A stretch of 64,000 bases of DNA, taken from NCBI GenBank assembly GCA_964016885.1, contig OZ024743.1:56172001-56236000 (forward strand). Reading direction: 5' to 3'. Below are positions 53,150 to 64,000 of the stretch, in pieces. The notes beneath the pieces are model-generated. The model was not told the origin of the DNA. It saw only the letters and a program-made list of their open reading frames with translations, and ran no database searches. Both the position numbers and the translations under genes were made by a program. This stretch comes from Eledone cirrhosa (Eukaryota). Within the stretch, counting starts at the first letter, position 1, and each line of letters begins with the position of its first letter.

Positions 53150-53502
53150 TTATGAATGTTGGATTCTTATAGAATTCCAGTAATAATCAGGAACTGATTA
53201 TACAAAGCGGTTTCCGGTCAATAATTGAAAATTAGAATTGGTGCTCTGAAATAGCGATATATATATGAATGTATATATAGTGTATTATGCAATAAACTGT
53301 ATGCTTAATTAAAAGCATTTTGAAGACCTTACATTCATATATATATTGCTATTTCATATATGAAAAAAGAAGTAAATGACATAGTCACTACTTTAAAACA
53401 ATAGCGTAAAGTCTTCAAAATGCTTTTAATTAAGCATACAGTGTATTGCGAAATCCACTATATATACATTCATATATATATATCGCTATTTCAGAGCACC
53501 AA

Positions 53503-53567
<65 letters not shown>

Positions 53568-53821
53568 CGAAGGAAATGTGGTAAGGAACCAGGTGGACCA
53601 TAACGCATCAATACTTAGGGTAGTAGAGAGGGTAATAGGAATGAGTAGGACCCCGACGGCTGAGCTCAAGCCGTTTCGACGGCTAATTCTGGACGCAGAA
53701 TTAGCCGTCGGGGTCCTACTCGTTCCTATATATATATATATATATATATAGGAACGAGTAGGACCCCGACGGGTAATTCTGGTAAATATATATATATATT
53801 TACATACACACATATATATAT

Positions 53822-55479
<1,658 letters not shown>

Positions 55480-55480
<1 letters not shown>

Positions 55481-56365
55481 GATGTGTGTCAGAAAAGTTC
55501 CAGGACTAATGTCACAAAAGATTTATTTCAAACCCTAACTTCACACTAAGAGTTTTCTCCTTCAAAGTAATCCCCCTGGAGTATGTAACCGTAATCTTAG
55601 CCTCTCTGCAGCGATCAAACTTTTTTCTTCATAACTTTATATGCATGTCCTCTGTTTCAGGTCGTCAAGCAAAGAGCACAGGGCAACGAACAAATTTGAA
55701 GTTTCTGGTACGGTTGGGGAAAACTTCGTCAGAAGCACTGGGATTGCAGCAGCAATGTATGGAGATGAGACGAGGTCACGCTCACGTGTTTTTGAGTGGT
55801 GCAAGATGACCGCAGGAGCGGAAGGCCCTCAACAACCAGGACTGAGGTCAACGTTGAGCGCGTCAGGCAGATGGTGCGTAGCGATCGTCGGCTGACTGTT
55901 CGACTGATGTCAAATGAGCTGGGCATGAATGGTGACAGCGTCTGGAAGATTCTCACTGAAGATTTGGACATGCGGAAAGTCTGCACGAAGATGGTGCCAA
56001 AACTGCTGAACGATGACAGAAGGGTCGACGCATGCAAGTGTGCCGGGACATTCGCGAACGTCTTGAAACCGAACCAGACTTGCTAGGTACAGTCATCACC
56101 GGTGATGCGTCATGGATCTTAAAGTACGACCCGGAGGGAACCCGTTTTGAAGACGTGGACGACATCAAAAAGGCCGTGACGACGCAACTGTGGAGGATCC
56201 CGGAAAAATCCTTCCAGAAATGCATGCAAGCATAGCAGAAAAGGATGGAAAAGTACATTAGACTTCAGGGGGGATTACTTTGAAGGAGAAAACTCTTAGT
56301 GTGAAGTTTTAGTTTGAAATAAATCTTTTGTGACATCAGTCCTGGAACTTTTCTGACACACCTCG
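55480..56365 (+). mobile_element. Internally deleted mariner transposon with ~100-bp TIRs and TA target duplication
   Basis: TIR CGA(T/G)GTGTGTCAGAAAAGTTCCAGGACT...; DDRRSGRPST, DRRLTVR, MRKVCTKMVPKLL, ITGDASW joined directly to RFEDVDDIK. Confidence 0.92.
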
Positions 56366-56372
56366 TATATAT

Positions 56373-56441
<69 letters not shown>

Positions 56442-56462
56442 TATATCCATATATATATATAC

Positions 56463-56543
<81 letters not shown>

Positions 56544-56564
56544 TATATCCATATATATATATAC

Positions 56565-56642
<78 letters not shown>

Positions 56643-56759
56643 ATATATATATGTATATATATATGTATATATATATATATCCATATATATGTGTGTGTAT
56701 ATATATAAATCTGTCCATCTACTGTGTGTAATATTTATATTACAACACTACGGAAAATA

Positions 56760-56837
<78 letters not shown>

Positions 56838-56870
56838 GTATATATATATATATACATATATATATGTATA

Positions 56871-56901
<31 letters not shown>

Positions 56902-56930
56902 GTATATATATATATACATATATATATATG

Positions 56931-57101
<171 letters not shown>

Positions 57102-57117
57102 GTATATATATATATAC

Positions 57118-57240
<123 letters not shown>

Positions 57241-57871
57241 TTCTAAAGAAAGAATCGCCGACAGATTTTCCGGCAAAGCCAACCGGCAGGAAACCCAGAG
57301 GTAGACCACCAACAAGTTGGTTGGATAACACCTATGAGCTCGTCTGGTTACGCTTGAAGATTCAGCGAAGTCAATTCTGATAGAACCCGCTGGAAGGTGT
57401 ATTTGATAACTCTTAAATAAACTTAATTTTCATTATTTTAACCATTTGTCTCAGACATATGAACAAATATCAAGGAAAGGCGAATTAAACCCGGTGGAGT
57501 TTCATCTTCGAACCTAAGAAGACGTGTTAAAATACCGCAAAGATTTTGTCCAGATTTTGTCCAGCTCTACCAATTTTAGCAAGCCACCACCAAAGTTTAA
57601 TTCCACGCGACATGTACTCCTGGGGGAGTCGTTGGTGTACCGTCATGGTACATAGCGTATCTTAATCATTTAAGCCTGGTGGAGCTCATTCCACTCCAAG
57701 TCTGAACAAAGCCTATTACTTCCAGAGAAAGTAAGATGGAGAGAGTGTGGGTCGACTCCAGTACTGGACTAGTTATTCATTTATCAACCTTGAAATACAA
57801 AGTTGACTGGTGGATTTCAACTCAGGAAAATATGTAGCCGCAAGGCCATCAATTTCTGAGGACCAAAAATT

Positions 57872-57954
<83 letters not shown>

Positions 57955-60289
57955 AATAGATAAAGAGAAAAAAACCAACAAACCTAGTACTGAATTAATA
58001 TTTTATATATCGCCCTCTAAAATAGGAAAAGCAAAGATGACCACAGTGGGATTCGCACTCAGAGTGCAAAGAGCTGAAACAGTTACCGCGAAACATTCTA
58101 TCCGACGTTTTAATGACTCTGCCAATTCTTCGCCTTAGAAGTTGAACTACCTAAAAAACATTTATAAAATCGATACAGTTACGGTAATTTTCTGAAATAT
58201 AATAATCGTTTGAAACTTTAATCAAGAATACATTTATTAGCAAACAGAAGTATACAATAATGAAAGTATTTTATTTAATTAGAATAATAAACAGGAAGAG
58301 AGAAGAGATAAAAAAAAAAACTTAAATGAATTTTTAAAAGAAGGAAAATGAGAAGGTGGATGGGTAAATTCTACACCCCTGGCTGGGTTATATATCTCAG
58401 CTCCACCGTGCGGACAAGATGGCAAAAACATTGCTGTGGAACACCCACTGCGTCAGCAATTTCGCCTCAGAAGGCTCTTCCTCTGGCGGAATGCACTCTT
58501 CCCGCCTTTGTACAAAGGAAAATGAGAAAATGACAGTCGTTGAATACAAGATACAAAAGATCTCAACGGCTATCCACACGGAAAGGAAAGTCTCGGTCAA
58601 ATCCCGGTATTTAGGAACATGATAAGTTAGCTGACATGTAATGTATAAAACATCTGTTCGATATATCAGCTGTCTCTATACACTTGTGCTTGCTTCCTAT
58701 TGCACACCAGTCCAGTCCAATTTAGATATCACTTATCTTAGCTACGAAGAAGAATTATTGTTGTATGGTTGAAGTTCCGTCGGTTTCGAATATGATTGGA
58801 CTGGGGAAATGCGAAATAAAGTATCTTACTGAAGGTCACAATACACCACCGAGAATCGAACTCACGGCCTTACAAGCGCGGGTCGAACACCCTACCCACT
58901 AAGCCACGCATCTTCACTATAAAGAAGAATGGGCCTCCGCTGGTTCGGTGATGGAAGTTCCAGTATGTGATCGATGGATCATTCTGTTCATGAAATGAAT
59001 ACGCAAGTGGCTTAACATTCCATTAACTCGTGAACTCTTAACGTAATTCTCGGTGAGATTGGGCGTGACACAGATACAGGTACAATCTATCTGAAGGGCT
59101 TCCAAACACTTTCTGTATATCCAATTCCTCTCACAAGACTTGTGTCGACTCGAAGCTATGATAAATGACATTTGCTCAAGATGCCTCGCCGTGGGATTGA
59201 ACCCGAAACCTAACGATTGTGAAGGGAACTTCTTAACCATTCGACTATACCACGTCTACTATGATGAAAGATAGTCATAGCACCAGACGAAAATATGATC
59301 AGGTTGTCAAAAGAAGCTAAAAAGCAATATAGAGCCAACCAGATCAGAGAAATCAGACAATCGCAAATGTGAATTTTATTGGTCAGTATAAGATATTTCT
59401 TTCTTGGCTTTATTTTATTTTTAGAAACCCTTTTTAAGACTTCCGCTACAATAGTGGTAACTTATGTAACTAAAAGAAGCCGAACAAACAAACTGTATCT
59501 AGTCGAAACAGAAATAATCCTCGCTCTTAAAGATTATACACTTTCTTTTAAATCCGCCACCAACACCGACAATAACAGTAAAGCTATGCTCGTTTTAAAC
59601 CTCATGCTGAATTATCTATCTGTTGCCATTGTTTACAGCGTATGACCCAAGGTTCCTATATATAAATCAATGAATCCTTTTCATCCTACCTTACTAGTGC
59701 CGTCAATAAAGGCTTCTAATTGAGGCACAATGCCACAAATCTTTCTTGATGGTAGGGAGGCGGCATTATAACGACCCAAGCACTCAAACATTACTTTATT
59801 TTATCGTTACTAAAAGGATAAAAAGCAAAGTTGCCCACGGTGGTATTTGAAAGGAGAATAATTGTTACTGATTTAGGCACAAGGTTAACAATTTTTGGAT
59901 GAGGGGGAGAAAGTTGATCAAATAGCTCCCAGTGTGTTACTGGTGCTTTATTTTATTTAATTCTTCGAGTTCAGTATCAGTGTGGCATATAATTAATTCT
60001 GGTATTAACGGATATATGAACAATCATACATCTGGCGAGTTTGCATTTTGATCATTTATGTTGATAACTGATATAAATGATATTTTAAAGATAAAAAACG
60101 TTATTTTAATAATTCATTTTCTAGGAATTGTTTTGGCTGGTCTCGCTTAGGGATCAGTTGTAGACGATTGCTTCTGACAGGACCCACTGGAAGGAGTTGC
60201 TTGAGGACTCTGCCCCTATGACACTCTCAAGAAGAAGAAGAAGAAGAAGAAGAAGAAGAAGAAGAAGAAAAAGGAGGAGGAGGAGAAGA

Positions 60290-60510
60290 AGGAGGAATTG
60301 TTCTGATGAACTTTCCTTCTTGTTGCCTCGTCTTCACGAATTTAAATGGAGCACCAGATTGGTGGCTATGTCACGTCCATTTATAGTTGAAATTCCTAAA
60401 TGCAGTCGCAAATTCTATTGTGATGGTTTCTTCCCTCACACATCTCACCAATGGAATTACTTCTCTGTCGGCTTCTTTCTCCTGCAAAAATTCAAAAGCC
60501 ATTTCGTCAT
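60290..60510 (+). mobile_element. 3' end remnant of a CR1/L2/Jockey-type LINE ORF2
   Basis: PFIVEIPKCSRKFYCDGFFPHTSHQWN resembles the FF.RT...WN.LP terminus. Confidence 0.5.
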
Positions 60511-61998
60511 CTTCTGCCTTGCTTGGGGTGAGCAAAAGAGGATGAAATTACAAAAATGTTTAGCATGTATGTACAAATAACAGGATTAATTGTATGAGTA
60601 ACTTCGAAGAAATAACTATTTACAGGAAAGCGAACTTCTTATAACAGAAAGAGGAATTATGTATTGTGAGTGTGTACGTGTGGGGGGTGGGGTGCGATGG
60701 ACCACTTCAGCTCCCGATGACAAGTGTCTCCAGTTCGAATTCTTTTAGGGTTTTTAATCATTAAACTGTGCCAATGCTGAGACACCAACGTGGAAGAACT
60801 TAGTCGGTCATATCAACCAAGAACTTAATTTTCAAGACTGGCACTGGTACTTATTCTATCGATCCCATTATTTATGCTCCTACTGGTAAAACCAAAAACA
60901 TAGTGCATCCTAAGTTGGATGAAAGATGGCTTCTTTTGTGAAAATGGGTTTAGCTTTCATTCTGAAAAATTTCCTCATTTTGCCTCATCCCCCCCCCCCC
61001 CCCCGTTTTGGAGCACTTTTTATCATGGTACACCCCGTTTGGGTTTTCAGAGATTGGAAGGTGTGTGACAGTGTACAGAATTCCTAAAGCTGTCTTGGTT
61101 ACTGGATCAAATGCCGTATAACAAGGATTCATCAAAATTCTTTGTTATTTTATTTTTTTATTCTTACAAAGATGAAAATAGAAATTTTATTCAAATTAAA
61201 CTCGCGAAGTTGGTATAAAAAACCATTGATAATTACATAGATATGATTAGGAAATATAAAAACAAAATTAAGTAATGAGAGAGGAAAGGACTATAAATAC
61301 CATAAATGAGAGGAAAAGGAGGGAAAAGCAAGGAATCTTGGACCACAGAAGAAAGGGAGGGTAAGAGGAGAGAATACTGGGCTCTGGGCCTAGAGCGGGG
61401 TGGTGTTTGAGCTGCGCCCCGCTGACAAATCTAGTATTGCCAGTCATGTCGCCAATTTTTGGTGTTCAAGGGTGGAGTTCTCTTCAGAACAGTCTTTTAA
61501 GCAATAATTTAAAGAATATCAAAGCACATTTTTTTCTAAATCTGAGGGTACAACATAGAAAGTAGGGATGCTGTGCCATCCAGTGCCACCACATAGCGAC
61601 TGAACTGAGTATTGTTCGAGGTCATTTACAATATTTCATTTGTGATACCTTTCGTCGAACCGCTAAACTACAAGATATAAAAACAGATAGCACAAACATA
61701 CTCACATATGCACACATAAATAAAAGCACGCATACACGGACGGGGACACACACATACACACATACACATACGACAGACTTCCGCATATATTCCCTCCACC
61801 AAGTTTCACTCACAAGGCATTGGTTACCCCAAGTCCACAGCAAAATACAATTGTGCAAGGTGACACGCTGTTAAACTGAACCCAAAACATTGATAAGCAA
61901 AACTTTTATCCACACAAATATGCTTACAGTATATTTGTGTGTGTGTGAGTGTTTGCATGTGCGTATATACGCGCTGTGTGTTTGCGTTTGTATATATA

Positions 61999-62449
61999 CA
62001 GTTCTCCGCCGGTGTTCGCAGGGGTTATGTTCCTAGAGCACCCGCGAAGAGTGAAAAACCGTGAATATTGGACGTAGTCTATAAAAATGCCTATAGATGT
62101 CAAAACATAAGGTAAAATATAGTCCGACAAATACGGTATATTGTTATTAGATCTGAGTTCAAATCCCGCCGAAGTTGACTTTGCCTTTCATCCTTACGGG
62201 GTCGATAAAATAAAGTACCAGTAATGCACTGGGTAATTGCTGGCCTTGTGCCTAAAGTAGAAACAGTTATTAATAATCTAGCGTTAAAAGTGTGAAAAAA
62301 TATATATATTGCCACGAAAAAAGCCATTAAAAAATTGCGAAAGATAATTATAATCCCGCGAATATGCGGTGGTTTCCCTGAACAATTATTAATTAGGGTC
62401 TAATGAAAATTCCGCGAATAACCGGAACCGCGAATGCCGGGTTACACTG
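61999..62449. mobile_element. Tigger/pogo-type MITE with a nested SINE (62150-62275)
   Basis: TA|CAGT...ACTG|TA termini, imperfect TIRs, repeated CCGCGAA subterminal motif. Confidence 0.6.
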
Positions 62450-62794
62450 TATATATATGTGTGTGTGTGTGTCTGTGTGTACACACACACATATATATAT
62501 AAATATATATATATATTATATATATGTATGTATATGTCTATATTTGTATGGTGGGGTGAATATTTATGTATAAACGTTCATGAGGATTTCGTAAATCTAT
62601 GAGTTCAAAGAGACCCTAGTAATGCAGTGAGTGAATTTAGACAGAGTAATGTCCCCTTCAGATGGACAGTTACTAAATTGAACTCTGCAGCCTTTCATAA
62701 ATATTGTCTGTGCATTTTGATAACCAAAGACAACCCTCTACGTACTTTTACCGATAAATATGTACATACACATACTCATGCACACATTTGGTTT

Positions 62795-62829
<35 letters not shown>

Positions 62830-62861
62830 ATCTGTGTGTGTGTGTGTCGGTGAGTGATCTA

Positions 62862-62990
<129 letters not shown>

Positions 62991-63047
62991 GTGTGTGTGT
63001 GTATCTGTGTGTGTGTGTGTCGGTGAGTGATCTATATATATATATAC

Positions 63048-63170
<123 letters not shown>

Positions 63171-63177
63171 CACACAC

Positions 63178-63208
<31 letters not shown>

Positions 63209-63217
63209 CATATATAT

Positions 63218-63288
<71 letters not shown>

Positions 63289-63333
63289 CATATATATATA
63301 TATATGTATAGATATATATATATACATATATAT

Positions 63334-63364
<31 letters not shown>

Positions 63365-63548
63365 TACACACTCACAGATACACACATATATATATATATA
63401 TGTGTGTGTGTGTGTATATAGTGTGTGTGTCTGAGCGTGTATGCGTGTATGTATGTATATATATACGTGTCTGTGTATCTATCTATCTAACTATATATAT
63501 ACACATGCACACACCCACATATATAAATATATATGTGTGTGTGTGTGT

Positions 63549-63614
<66 letters not shown>

Positions 63615-63770
63615 ATGAGAGAGAGAGCATGTGTGTGTGTGTGTGTTAAAACTATATATGTATCGCTACATTGTCTGCTTATATATAGCGTGCAAAAGTA
63701 AAAAAAGCATATATTGAAAGACATAAGTAGACATATTCATACAAACACACATTGATATATATGTACATAG

Positions 63771-63811
<41 letters not shown>

Positions 63812-63815
63812 CATA

Positions 63816-63908
<93 letters not shown>

Positions 63909-64000
63909 ATATATATATGTATATATATATATATTGATAGAGGTGTAGATCATACGTAAACCGTGTCTTTAGAAATATCTCTTATATATAAGTGTGTGTG

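Noticed and set aside
58348-58622. Possible host exon (GC-richer unique patch with short ORFs)
   Set aside because: No recognisable protein motif and no convincing splice pair in any frame; cannot be excluded without RNA data

Overview
AT-rich eukaryotic non-genic (intergenic or intronic) DNA, saturated with (TA)n/(CA)n/(GA)n/(TATG)n microsatellites. The repeat repertoire suggests an octopus/coleoid cephalopod (inference). No host gene could be supported, and almost all ORF-track entries (YIYI, HTHT, CVCV) are microsatellite artefacts. Real coding sequence is transposon-derived: one near-intact Tx1-clade LINE (ORF1 + APE/RT ORF2) embedded in (GATA)n, a decayed sister Tx1 family, fragments of CR1-like, RTE, CRE-like, R4/Dong-like and Penelope (GIY-YIG) retroelements, Helitron and mariner relics, MITEs and many tRNA-type SINEs. 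The main discovery is an unusually dense and diverse set of hammerhead ribozyme (HHR) motifs: about 15 mostly unrelated sequence contexts and over 20 copies or half-copies, parsed by eye. They sit in short, mostly non-coding, fold-back cassettes inserted into (TA)n tracts. Several have atypical architecture: large branched insertions in stem II (16208, 12414, 28686), a U3-A8 core, a CAGAAGA core in two copies, palindromic stem III, and one possible type II topology. Inversion breakpoints of the cassettes repeatedly fall inside the ribozyme. This looks like a microsatellite-associated, Penelope-mobilised population of ribozyme-bearing non-autonomous retroelements. Self-cleavage is predicted, not demonstrated.
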